A stretch of 64,000 bases of DNA from Vicugna vicugna (Eukaryota). Shown piece after piece: positions 12,601 through 25,379 of the stretch. The position numbers and the translations under genes are program-made. Positions within the stretch are counted from its first letter, which is position 1; the number at the start of each line of letters is the position of its first letter. Where the stretch lies: assembly GCA_013265495.1 (NCBI GenBank), contig MU058198.1:6339779-6403778 (forward strand). The letters run 5' to 3'. The notes beneath the pieces are model-generated. The model saw only the letters and a list, made by a program, of their open reading frames with translations. It ran no database searches and was not told the DNA's origin.

Positions 12601-14209
12601 CCCACACACACACAGGACATAATTGGTTTTCTATCCTTCTGATAAATTAATGAATAAATAAGTGAGACAGAGAGCCTGGCCCTCCTCTGGGGCCCTGTGA
12701 AGGAGCAGGGACCCCCATCCCAGCCTGTCCTTTTATAATTAGGACCAGTGAGTCTGAAGTCAGAGAACAGTGTGTTAGGACAGGAGAGGGCTGACAGTTG
12801 GGTGTGACGTGCCTGTCATTCTGATGGCCCCAGGGACTGCAAATGTGTAAAATGTGACCCACAGCCAAGGCAGAGGCACGTCACGGCAGGCGCTGCGCGG
12901 AGGATAATGAGCTCGGGAAGATGCTCCTTGCTACAGAAAGAAGAATCTCTAGAGTCCTTCAGTCGCGCTGGACCACCTGCATTTGTAGGACCACACTTCT
13001 ATTCCGGGGTCGTTTTTAAAGAAACTAATCAGACAAACACGGTGCTCCAGGTCCAAGGCCAGCCTGATGCTCAACCAAGCAGAGCTCCCAGGTGGTACTG
13101 AGCCTGAGTCTGCCAGAGTCCTGGTCCTGCTGGACCTACATCACTTGCCTGCTGATCACTCTCTCCTCCAGGTGCGAGCACCTGGAGGACAAGGGCTGGG
13201 TCTTGGACCATCCTGCAGTTCTGGCACCTGCGTACAGCAAGAGCTCAATAAATAGTTCTGACTGAATGAAAGACAGCAAGTTCAAGAGAAATCAGGAGAG
13301 GAGCCCTTTCTTCTACCTTGGCCCAAGTCTGGCCCTCACTGGAGTCCGATGCTACCACAGACCTGCCACACACTACGGTGTGGCCTCAGCAGATCCCAAA
13401 GTGGATGAGAGCAGGAAGCAGGATGAGACAGGGAGAAGAGGATCAGGATGTGTATGTATGAGGCAGCTTCTGCTGCAGCAACAAAGAGTCCTAAAATCTC
13501 AGTCACTTTCAATACCAAGCATTTATTCCTTGTACGTGTTACACGAGGGCAGCAGGTTGGCCGCAGCTCAAGCAGGCTCAGCTGGGCTCAGCTAGTCTTG
13601 GCTGCACTGGGTTCTGCGTGTCCTCACTGTGGGACCAGGCAGAAGAAACAGGCACTATCTGGGGCTTTGTGTTCTCACAACAGGGGCCAGAAGCTAAAGG
13701 AGGGCAGAGGCTCACCATGCTTGGATATGGTGGACATCACACGGGCTCACATGTGAGTGGTCAAAGCAAGTCATGTGACCACTCCAAAGTCAGTGGAGGT
13801 GAGAGGTACACAGGGCCTCCAGGGACACATGGCAATGATGGAGAGGAAATAAATATTTGTGAACAAATAAGATCATCCAGCACAGCATGTTACTTTTTAC
13901 TCTCCAGCCTCCCCTCTCCTCCATAGAAACATATTCCATGTGATATGAGCAGACCTAAATCACCCCCACCACTCGGCAGGCAGGTGAATTAGGCCAGCCA
14001 ATCAGAGTGCCCCATTCACACCCCACAGGCCACGGGGATTGGTTCAGGAATGGACATGTGATATAAACGGGCCAATGAGAGGCTTCCTTGAGACCTTTCT
14101 GCCAGAGCTATCCGGAAAGATGCTTTCTTCCCTCTGGGGTTGCTAAGCAAGTAGGGTGTGAATGCAGGGCTCCCGAGTGGCCACACCAGTCTCCACAGAG
14201 TGCAGCCCA

Positions 14210-14400
14210 GTCCAGTGCGGCAGCAGTGGCAGAAATGTGCTGCACTGCTCACACTCACGTGTGACTGGTGCAAATGAGTTACTGACACTTACATTTTCTT
14301 TGGGGCTTAATTTAACTTTTATTTTATTTTAATTCATTTACATTTCAGTCTAATAGCCACAGGTATCTAGTAGCTAATGGACTGGATGTCACCAATATAG
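14210..14400. mobile_element. MER3/MER33-like DNA transposon nested in an old MaLR LTR (~13880-14540)
   Basis: ttttattttattttaattcatttacatttc...aatagccacaggtatctagtagcta. Confidence 0.6.
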
Positions 14401-16070
14401 AGTCTATCTAAGAAATGAAAGAGCCTTTTATATTTTGGGTCCCCATGTCCTGTTGAACCTGATGCCTTTGTCATTTACAAGAGCAAGTAAGTTGCTTCGC
14501 TTTGCTTAAGCTAGTAGGGTTTCCATCATCAGAAGTGGAAAGAGTCTCAAGTAATGCCATCAGCAGTATCACCTCCATTTATTTTGCCCTACTATGTGCC
14601 AGGCATTCAGCTGATACATATATATGTCATCTCACTGATCTTTCCAAATATGCCCACGAGGAACTCGGAAGCCAGATGGCCTGGGCTCCAAACCCACCTT
14701 CACCAATAACTGATTGTGGGGCTTTGCACATCTTGATGCCTCAGTTTCCTGATCTGTCCAATGAGGATGATGGTCGCCCCTACCCCCAAGTGAGTTATTA
14801 CATGTGGATTGCCTACAACAGTGCCAGGCATGGAACAAATGCTCCCTGGTGTTAACTATTTCTTTTAATTATTTTCCTCCTGATCCTGCAGGTGAGTAAA
14901 CTGAGGCTCATAGAGGGTAAATCACTTGCAAAGTGGTAACAGGTGACAATGCCAGGACTGGAACATCAGCCTCTGTGACTCCAGAATGTAAACTCTTTTC
15001 CACCACATTATTCCGTCTGTGGCTTTTAAACTCTGTCCGTGGTTGTGATAAGAGTAATATTAATAAGCACTAGCACTCATCGCATGCCCAAGAATATAAA
15101 TCCCAGGCAGTTTTGCCTCAGAGCCCAAGCTTTTAACTCTCAGAAAAAGAAAATTATTCCCTTTTCAATGCTCCTCCTGTCCTTCTATTAACACCAAGGA
15201 GAAAGTCCCAGCTTAGTGCCAATGGGTCTTTAATGCCTCTCTAGTACTTGTACAGAGAGAGCCAACCTAAGGCTCAAAGCCGACCAGACTATCTAGAGGT
15301 TATTTAACAGGTCCTATGCTTAACCTCTATGCTACATGCCTCCAGCAGATGCAGGAATTCCCTCTCTCTAGAGATGCTGTGGCTCCCTGTGGCCAGAAAG
15401 GCAGTGATTAGAGAGGAGAGGCCCCAGCTTCAGAGAGCTCTTGGAACCTGCAGAGATGACCCATGGTCAGCCACACCTTGATCCCAGCCCAGGTTAAGTC
15501 TGAGAAGCTGATGGATGGCAGGGCACTGGGGGACCAGCAGCCTTCTGTGACACCACCAGATGTCACACAGCCTCAACAGATTCTCAACTCACCACCATGA
15601 GTGGAGGTCCAGAAAGTGCCTTGCCTCACAGCATGCAATCAGGAGCCCAAGACCCATATCTGAGTACCTTCTTCACTACGCCAAGGTGAGGGTCCTTGGG
15701 CAGTTCCCTCCCCTCTCTGGGCCTCAGTTTTCCCATCTGAGAAACAGAACAATACCTACTCCCAAAGTGTGGTCCAAAAAGAAACAAATGAGGCCACATA
15801 GGAGAACATGTTATGTAAAGAACTGAATAAATGTGAATGGATGGCATGTTTATTATTTGAGCACAAGGGTATGACTTCCACATGGGAATCATCAGCACAA
15901 AGTAAATGGCTGACACTGGGGCGAGACGGGATGATCCGGGACCTTTCTGAATTATCTTCGTGTTTCTGTCTCTTCCTCTTTCAGGGCAGGGATCTCCTTA
16001 CCCACCAGGGGAGCCCACTGCCTAAGGCAGTGCCTGCCACAGCAGAAACAGCAACAAATATTTGCTATAC

Positions 16071-16345
16071 AGATGGATTATGGATGATGGATAAATGAAG
16101 AAGTGGATGTATGGGTGGATGGGGGCATGGATAGATGGATGAAGGGATGGATGATGGATAGACGGGTTTTGGATGGATGAGTGGACAGGTGGTGATGGAT
16201 AGACGGATGGATGAAGGATTGATGGATGATGGATGGATAGGAGATGGATGGATAAATAGATGGATGGTGGATGAGTGGGTGATGTATTTATGGGTGATGG
16301 ATGTATAATGGATGGATAAAAAGACAGAGGATGGATGAGTGATGA
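16071..16345 (+). repeat. Degenerate (GGAT)n simple repeat, probably expanded from an L2 tail
   Basis: ~270 bp of gatg/ggat units right after aaatatttgct. Confidence 0.9.
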
Positions 16346-17389
16346 AATTTAAATCTTAGGATACAACACTGGGCCGGGTCAGAATCTTACTCTGATACTA
16401 GATCCCAGTACCCAAAACCCTCAAACCACAGAGATCACACGTGTGCACGTGTGTGTATTGGTTGTGCTGAGCTGAGGGAGAATTTGGCAGAGAATGTGGG
16501 TTATGAAAAATAACAGTTCAAATAAAAATGTACTTTTAAAACAACTTCCAGGGTCTGCCCTTTGCGAGTCTGCCTTCTCCCCAGTCTCCTTCACCAGCTA
16601 CACTCCCAGACCCATGCCAGGAAGGCTTGCATTCCAGAGGCTGCTGGCGAGGCCAGTCAAGGTGTCTGTCGTGCCGTTCAGCACAGCACAGCCCCAAGGA
16701 ACACTGATTTATCTCAGATGGATTTTTAGGAATGGTCGAGATAGAGCGCTTTGGCTTATCAAATTTTCAGTTACCTGGAGTGGCCCATCCTCCAGGCAGC
16801 CAACTTATGATGGATTAGTCTCAGTATTTGTCTGCCTCCCCACAGGGCTCTCGGGCCCTCCTGGAGCCAGAGACAGGACAGGGCAGAAGTCTTTCTATTA
16901 GTAAGTAGTGACCTGGTGCAGTCTAACTCCCAGCCCCTCTCAAAACCTCACTGATGGGGAGCAGCTAACTACGCCTACAGGGGCCAAGAAAGCTTCATTA
17001 GGGATTCAGTGTTGGCTTTGAGTGAGGCTTGAAGGACATGTAGGAGACCCCTGGACGTCTCACAGTGACTTGTCAAGCACCCAGTCCACAGTGCCAGGGT
17101 GTCCCCTCATGCAGACCCCACTCTCACTGGTGAACAGGTCATTATGACAAGTGAGGGTGGGAAAATGACATCGAATTTCTCTCTGAGCTGGGGGGACAGA
17201 GAACAGGGCACAGAGAGGCATGTCAGGTCACAGATGGAGCCTCAATTGCACAACCTTGAAGGAAGAGGAGGGAGGAATTTTCCAGGAGGACCAAGTGGGG
17301 GCCATTTCAGAAGGGAACTGCTTGTAAAAGACACCGAGGTGTAAAGAAGTTCTTTGAAGAAAAATGTAGTGAGATGCTTGTCTGTGGTT

Positions 17390-17930
17390 CTGCCTGCTCA
17401 GTACCCATGCTCTCTAACTCCAGTAGCAGCATCTTGACTCTCCTTTGGGGAGCACCACTGTGAGATTCTGTTGAGGCTGACCCCACCCCAGATCCAGAGG
17501 TGATCAGACGATCCAGGCTTAGCCTATTGGGGCTACATCCCTCACAATGCAGGGTTAGGGATGGCAAGTGACCCAAACCTGGTTAATGAGCCCTGCCTGG
17601 GAGGTTTACTGGTGCTAAATTGGGCGGAATATAAACATGGAGCTGTTGGGAGCTACCATAGAGTGAATCCAATAAAGAAGCAGAACTCTAAGATGGAGAA
17701 AGGGGGGAAAAAAACAGAAACAGAAGGAGAGACAAAGAAAGGTGGAAAGAGAAAAAGACACTGAGTCCTATTGACATCATAGAAGCACCTGGATCCAGCT
17801 GAGCCTGAAGCCATACCTCTTCCTTTGCATAAGCCAATAAAAATTTTTTTTGCTTAAGCCTTTTTTTCCCCCAAAGTCTTTTTGCTTAAGCTACTTTGAG
17901 TTGGATTCTATCCCTTGTGACCAAACAGGC
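17390..17930 (+). mobile_element. Old MaLR (MLT1K/L-type) LTR (related fragments ~7520-7960 minus, ~13460-13870 minus, ~35600-36055)
   Basis: cctggatccagctgagcctgaagcc...ttttgcttaagctactttgagttggattcta. Confidence 0.6.
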
Positions 17931-18434
17931 TGCCTTACTCATTTTTGTATCCCAATGCCCTTACCAGGAACTTAGGACATGGGGAAGGGATGGGGGCAGG
18001 AGGGATGGGCTTCAGACAGGCCCTTTGTGGTAACTGTGTGCAGGCCATGCTGTAGCTGTTCATTAATATGAACATTATTACTTGAGCTCATCCATTAACG
18101 TTCCCAAAGCGGGGTGGCCAAGAGTGTGAGGCCCCACTAGGGTCTAAACAGATGTGTCCATTTGTCCGCTTATGAGAGCCCTGACCAGAGGGGTGACCTT
18201 AATTTCCTGCCTCCTTTAAGATCCCAGACTCTTTGTGGCAAGCTGATGGGGCCTAAGGGATAGCGCAGTTCTGCCCAGCATGTGGGTGGTGCTCCATAAA
18301 TCGGCTAATGCTACCTTGGGTAAGTGTTAACATAAATACAAGCTTCGCTTTCTGGATGTGCAGAGCACAGGAGGTGAACTCCATGTCAATTTCCAAACAG
18401 CAACCCCTCCGAGGAGAGCATGTACCTCCCACTT

Positions 18435-18442
18435 TGACGTCA
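18435..18442. promoter_or_regulatory. Full palindromic CRE (CREB/ATF)
   Basis: TGACGTCA with its CpG retained, in apparently non-repetitive intronic sequence. Confidence 0.4.
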
Positions 18443-20580
18443 CAGGAGGAAAAACACCGCATCCCAGGACTTTTTGAGCTTTGACAGGAATTAACCTCAC
18501 TGGAAAGGGAAATAATCTAGAAATAGAGAAAATGAGGATTTATAATGGAAAAGCAACTAGAATGCATTATACCAAGATCAGCGGGGAGCCAAGTCTCTTG
18601 GGTTTGCAGGAGACACAGGGAAGAGAAAAGACAGCTCCAGCTCTTTACCAGAAGGTTCCTCTCCAGTGAGCACTCCTGACTTTCAGGATAGAAATGGCTA
18701 GAGATGCATGAACTCAGTGGGAAACACAGAAAGGCTTTTTTTCTTAATTTGGGTATCTCGTAGACTTTGATTCTCCCCCTAGATTAGGTAAAGCCACTGA
18801 AACAAGTAAGAAAGCTCCTGGAATTCAAATACAAGCAGCCAGCCAACGTCTTTAAATTTGCTACACGCCGTGTTTGCTTTGGAATATTAGACAATTAAAA
18901 AATAAATAACAAAAATGAATAACATGGAGGGCTGGTGGAGTTAGGGTGAAACTAACAGATCCATACATTGACGTATGCACTAAGCACTCACTGGGTAACT
19001 TCAGCCCGTCCTCCCGCATCCCCCTTCCTCCCACCCCAGTCACCTCGACCCTGCCCCCTCTACTTGACATTGCCTCTGGGCTGTCGCACAGACATAATAC
19101 ACTTAACTCGGCCAGCCTGAACTCAAGATTCCCTCCCGCCCGTTAGAAATAAATAATAAATAACAAAAGCAAAAATCTGTTCCCACTTCAGTTTTCTCCA
19201 GCTCATTATGGACACAATCACGTGGAGGACAAAAATCTAGGAGTTGTCCTCAGTGCCTCCCTTCCCTCACTCCATCCTGCAGGCTCTACCTTCAAGTTAT
19301 ATTCCGAATCCATCCAGTTCCTTCCACCTCCCCTCAAGGCCAAGCCACCAGCATCCCTCACCAGGACCACCACCTGTTAACTCTCCTATTTCTGTCTCTA
19401 TCCAATATTCTCCATTCATCAGTCAAAATGCTCTTCTGTTAAACGCAAAACATATCCTTTCACGTCTCTGCTTAAAAGCCCTCAGAGGTATCCCAGTATA
19501 TTTAGAATAAAGTCCAAATTTCATACCACAGCCAACCAGGCTCTGCATGACCAGTTCTTCCCAAGCAGTCTGACTTCTCATTCTGCAACAAACACATTGG
19601 CCTCCTTAGAGGTCTTCAAATCTGCCAGTCCATTTCTACACCAGGGCCTTTGCACTTGCTCCCTCATCTTCCTATACCACTCTTCCTTCCATTCTTACCA
19701 CCTTCTAGGTCTCCGCTCAAATTTCACTTCCTTAGAGAGGACTTTTCTGCCTCCCCTCCCATCTGAAGGAGATCTGCTCCCACATACATCCACAGGCAGA
19801 GCAGTGGGCAGAGCGTGACCCCATTTATAAGAAATGAGTACAGACAAATACTTGAAAACTGCTACCAGAGGTCGTCCCTGGAAGAGGAAGTGGGTGGCTG
19901 AGAACAGGGAGACTTTTTACTGTGCAAGGTTTAATGCCTTTGAATTTTAAATCATGTGCATATATTACTATTCCAAAATGTTTAATGAAATCAAATAGAA
20001 TAAAGAAGGGGGGAAGCAAGGGAAAGAGGAGAGAGAGAAAAGAGGGGGAAGGAAAGAAGAGAGAAACACTCTTGAGAAATTATCCTAAGGAAATAATTCC
20101 ACAGACAAAAATGTTCTGTTCAAGAAAATAATCACTGTGGTGTTAAACTATAAGGAACCAAAAAATAAAATAAAATAAATGCCCAGCAACACAGGAAAGA
20201 CTCGGGAAATACTGCTTTCTGATGGAGAAGTATGAAGCACTTAATAATGATCATTATTATGAAGACTGCAGAAATGTGTGGAAATGTTTATGACAATAAT
20301 TAACAGAAAAGCGGACTCTACAGGAGTATATTAAGAAGGGAAAATAGTGTAGTAGAAAGTGGAAAATTGTTGAGGAGAGGAGGCGCATAGCTCTGATCAC
20401 TTCCTCCAGGGAGTGAGCAACCTGGAAAAACATCGGTAACATTTTAGCTTTAAGCACAGGCCCATCTCCGAGATCAGAAACCGAGGCTCATAGGGTGACT
20501 TCCCAGGACTGGGGTGGAAACCAAGGCAGCTGAGAGGCTAGGGTTAGGATTCCAGGAGATCTCAGCAGGGTGACACCAGG

Positions 20581-20740
20581 CCAGGGTTTCACAGCCTCTG
20601 CACTGTTGACATTTGGGGCTGGGTAATTCTCCGTTGTTAGGATTGTCCTGGGCACTGTAAGATGTGTAGCAGCCTCCCTGGCCCCCAATCCACTGGATTC
20701 AGTAGTAGCCCCCTTGCCAGTCGAGAACCCCTCTGCCAAG
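20581..20740 (+). mobile_element. MER20 DNA transposon
   Basis: cactgttgacatttggggctgggtaattct...gtcctgggcactgtaagatgtgtagcagcctccctggcc. Confidence 0.8.
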
Positions 20741-21699
20741 CAAATTCCTGGACTTCTCTGACTGCCAGTTTCCCCAAATATAAAATGGAAGAGTGCCTAG
20801 CACATAGGTAAATTCCATCCCCTCCTTCATATACTCTAATGACAGCTATATTTTTTAAAGAATATGTATATTAAATGATTGCTATGGTGCCTTTTAAATT
20901 GAAGTAAAATAGGTGAGGATCCTTCTCTTGTGGGAACCCCCAGTTGCCAGCTTTTCAGTAGCCCGTCTCAGCGACAGGAATTATTTATCATCCACTCACC
21001 CCCGCATGCATCCGGGTCTGGTTTTATAGCACATTCGTGCTTCCTCACAAGGGGGCCTTAATGGGGCCACGATTAATTCATAAAATATTAGGAAGCACTT
21101 CGCCAACATCATAATAATAGCTCCGATTTCCACACAGGGTCTTTGTAGTTTAACGGCAGCTCAAATAATAAATTGCTTTAACATCTTATTCAAGCATTTC
21201 CAGAGACTGGAAATGTCAGCTCTAGAATTAGAGATTTCCTCATCCAACTTTCATTTTTCAGATGGGAAATCTGAGCTCCCTCCACCCAAGGGGAGGTGAC
21301 CTGTCTGAAGCTTCACGGCTTGTAAACAAGAGAGCTGGGATGCGAGCCTGGTTCCCCTGGTTCACTGGGCCACCTCATTGCCACCCAGCCGCACTCCCTT
21401 GGGAAAACATCGTTAATCAGTGTAGGATTCATTTGGGTCAGCAAATTGGGCACTTCTGACCAACAGCTGAGCAGCTGAGTGGGCTCCTGTGTTTGGAATC
21501 AGTCTGACAGTGAGGCTGGAGTGGGTGGTTTAGGGAAGAAAAAAAAACAGCTTGAAAAGTTATTCTTCCTTCATGTCCACCCACCTCCAAACTCCCCCAA
21601 TCACCTGTGGGATAAAGATCTGGGCTTACAGCATCTCTCAAGGGGGTAACGTGCACTAAACGCCCTCAAGATTACATATCATCAGCCCAACACCTCACC

Positions 21700-22090
21700 A
21701 ACAATCATCCAGGCTCTGCTTACCCAACCCCACTCAGGAAGCTCACCACCAGCTCGCAACACCGCCCCTGGCCCCTGGTACTCACAGCTCTCCGGTGCTT
21801 CCTCTGGCCCCAGCGCATGCTCAGCTGGCACCCAGAGCGAGGAGGAAGCCAGGAACGCCCTCAGCCAATGGCCTGTGGCAGTTGGTGGGCAAATGCCCGA
21901 CTCTCCCATGTCTCAGGCTGTCCCCTAGAGTCTTCAGTGGTGTTCCAAGTTGGAACACGCACTGCGTCCGCAACCCTCCCTACCCTGTCTCACGGCCCCC
22001 CTTCTTCACCAGGACTTCTGGAATCCCCTCCCAAACAAACTGCAGGCACACAAATCCTCAAGTCTTCATTTCAGAGTTGGCTTATAAGGC
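21700..22090 (+). mobile_element. LTR16-like ERVL LTR
   Basis: cagccaatggcctg...cttccctaccctgtctcac-like tract...cctcccaaacaaactgcaggcacacaaatcctc. Confidence 0.55.
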
Positions 22091-22309
22091 AGCAACTAAG
22101 CAGGGCTGGTTTGAGCTAAGCTTCCTACCATCAGGGTCTCTCCAGCACGGTCTCCCTCTGACGGTGACTCTGGGGTCTCCTAGGACAAATCAGGACTCTC
22201 TTCACCACAGAAGCCCTTGAAATATTTTAAGACAGCTCCCAGATGCCCCCAGACCACTCCCCCTTCCGTTCTCTTTTCTTGACCAAAAATGCTTCTCCCC
22301 ATAGCTGAA

Positions 22310-22345
22310 ACACACAAATACACACACACACACACACACACACAC
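22310..22345 (+). repeat. (CA)n microsatellite (others: ~22750-22800 TA/TG, ~52565-52596 CA, ~7368-7397 AAAAG)
   Basis: Direct reading. Confidence 0.9.
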
Positions 22346-23050
22346 TGTTAATTGCATTTCCCACTGTATATGAGAATCATGTGCCTGATTTATACTCCCT
22401 AGAAGAGTATGCACTCCGTGAGGGCAGAATTTCTCTTTGTATCTTTCTTAGTTCTTAGAACTGCAAGCCATTAACAGATGAATAAGACACAGCCTCCACT
22501 TCCCTGTGAACAGGTCATTCTTCTTGTTCCTCTCCAGAAGACCCATGGTAGTTCATTAATGTCACTCGTAAGGTCAAATGCTTCAAGTGTGCCTCTACGA
22601 TGGCAGAGAAGAGAGGGACCACACCTCCCTCATGCATGTCTCTAGTGATATAACCCAAGGTCACATTCTGGGTTTTGGAAGCCATTTTTCACTGTTGGGC
22701 ACAAAATAACAGTAATAAAAACAGCAGCAGCAACAATTACAATAATAATTATACATATGTATGTGTGTGTGTATATGTGTATGTATATATATATGATGTG
22801 CCAGGCCCTGTTCTCATAACAAATTCACAGTTAACCCAAGTCTTCCTGAGTCTCTGATATGCTGCTAGACTTGCCCATGAGATCTTCTCATTTGCTCTTT
22901 GGACCTGAGTGTCATATATTTTTCCATCTAATATCTCCCCTAGTGGGATGCAGCCATCTGCACCCTGAACCCTCCCCTACCGCCTGATAGCTGCATGTTT
23001 GATCTGAGTGCCCCATTCCCACTTGAAGGTCATGGATTAAACGTGTCCAC

Positions 23051-23071
23051 ATCAGCACCAAGGACAGCTCC
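23051..23071 (+). promoter_or_regulatory. RE1/NRSE (REST binding site)
   Basis: ATCAGCACCAAGGACAGCTCC matches NTCAGCACCNNGGACAGCNCC with both half-sites intact and the canonical 2-nt spacer. Confidence 0.8.
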
Positions 23072-25379
23072 TCGCCACCACCTCTAGACCCTCTGGCCTG
23101 GTTGCCCAGCCACCTGCACACACACCAGATTCACTTCTCCCCAGCCTGCCATGGCTTTCTAACAAGCTCTACAGAAACTGGATATCAAGCACTAGCCTTG
23201 TTAAGTTCATTGACTTAACAAACACTTGTGCAGCCAGACACAATCTTAAAAGCTTTATAAATATCAATCCATTTAATCTTCACAACAACTCTGCAGTAGG
23301 TACTATTATTATCCCACTTTACAGCTGAGGAGCTGAGGCACAGAGAAGCTAAATAACTTGTGGTTACACATCCAGCAAGGCTAGAGCTGAGACGTGCCCG
23401 GGCAGGCTGCCCAACCTGGCATCAGCACAGCTCCAAGCTGCCGGCTGCCAGAGTCATGGTCTGGTTCATGGGTAGTCTTGTTCTCAAGGGCTCTTATTAA
23501 ATACATAAATAAAACAGTGAGGCCACTCACTGACCTTTGGTGAGAGGACAACACAAACCACAGGTTTGACTTTGTTGATTTTGTTCATTTGTTTGCACTT
23601 TTTTAAATCAAGGATTTAGATTACTGTCATTCTGGGTTCCTGAGGTCCACATTAACAATGTAGCAAGTGAGGCCACACTCTTTAAGAGTTTTTGAGAGTT
23701 CACATGGTTCTCCCCCACTGGAGACAGAGTTTGCTCCCCCCATAACCTTGCAGGGGTAGGGGAAATACTTTATCTCCATTCTACGGATTAGGAGACAGAG
23801 ACTCCCAGAGGCTGAGACACTTATACACAATCACATAGTCAGGAAGGGACAGAGGTAGGACTTGAACCCACAACCCTGGCGTCCAGATCCCACAACGCTG
23901 TCCCTCCCTAGGTTCTCCTCTGAATCCTTGCTTCTGTCCAAGCCAGAAGGAGAAGGGAAGAAGGAAGAGGGAACGTGTGTGTGGTGTATACATATGTGCA
24001 GGAGTGTGCAATCAGCTTCACGGAAAGAAGGGGGGGAGTCTGTCTCCATGGTTACCGGAACCTGAACAAAACATCATACACCACACAGATTACCGTAGCC
24101 TTGAGCGTCGCCACTCCTCCTCCTGGCGATAGCCTGAGAGAGCCGATTGCAGGGCCTTCCAACCTGCCCGCCTGCTTCCAAGAGCCTTCCTTTTTCATTA
24201 TTCCCATTATTAAACCTGGCACTTTATAACAGCTAAATGTTTTCTAATTATTTACAGGTTCACCTTCATAGCACCCCATGAGATAATGATCTCGCTGCAC
24301 ATTTCTGTAATATTCTGCCCGCCTCCAAAAACTCAAATTGAGTTACCAAGATTATCTCATTGATCCTCCCACTTAAGGCTCTGTCAGATCCATAGAAAGC
24401 AGTTAAAATTGCTTTCATCTGACTTGAAGGGACATTGAGGCACAGGTGGATAAAGGCTGCTGTCTAGGATTTTACTGTAAATCAGTGTGGGCCACAAAGA
24501 GCATTCTGGGTTCTTTTAACCCTAGAATAGGGAGAATAAGTGGTAGCTACTGGTCAGCTGTGTTAAGAAGGATTCTGAGGCGGTATCTGAGATTTGTAGG
24601 AAAAAGTAATGTGATCAGTTAAGGATGCTGACCACAAGTGAGGGAGGGGGTGGTGTCGGCACTTGTAATACGTATTTTCCACTTCTTCCTAGGACAATGG
24701 TAAATGTCCCCAAGAAGATTTCAGGTTGGTTACCAACCAAAAGTGATTTCTGCCCCTCAAGGAACATTTGGCGATGCCTGGAGACATTGTGATTGCCCTT
24801 CTTACCCATCTTTCAATCAAAACGCTCAAGAAGACATATGAAGCCATGAAGCATTACAAGGGGACTAGAAATTGGGCCTATTGTCAATGATCTCTGCCAT
24901 ACCAAGAAGGAATTTCCATTAATCGACTTATCTTTGCAGACAAGAAGGAAGACCAAAGGGGTCCCACCGCCCTGCGGCTGTGACATCACCTGGTCTGGGA
25001 GAGGCAGTGCCCAACCCATTGTAGCACAGGAGCCACTTTCTGAGGAGACCAGGACTGTTCAGCCCACCTCTTCCATCCACCCAGCATCCGTGATTCCCAG
25101 TGAGGGCACATGGCCGAGAATCTGAATGGATGGGCAACAGTGCATTACAACTGGAGCTGAAGCAAAACTGGGCAAAGACAAGAAGAAACGGAGGAATGGT
25201 GCACCATGGGAATTGTAGTTTTACATCAGCCATTTTGGTTAAGAAAGGAACTAGACAATACTGCACAGAACAAGGAGGTCATTCCTCTGTTCCATGCTCA
25301 AACCACCAGAAGGGAGGAAGGGAGGTCCTGCCTCCAGCTAGCTGAGTTACAAAATGTAAATAAATCCTGAAAAAAACCA

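Noticed and set aside
15029..15049. Second RE1-like motif (minus ATCACAACCACGGACAGAGTT)
   Set aside because: Two mismatches in the left half-site core and a poor 3' flank; too weak to call.
17847..17891. Direct repeat tttttgcttaagc flanking ~19 bp
   Set aside because: Best explained as a small local duplication in an old LTR; no retro-insertion hallmarks.
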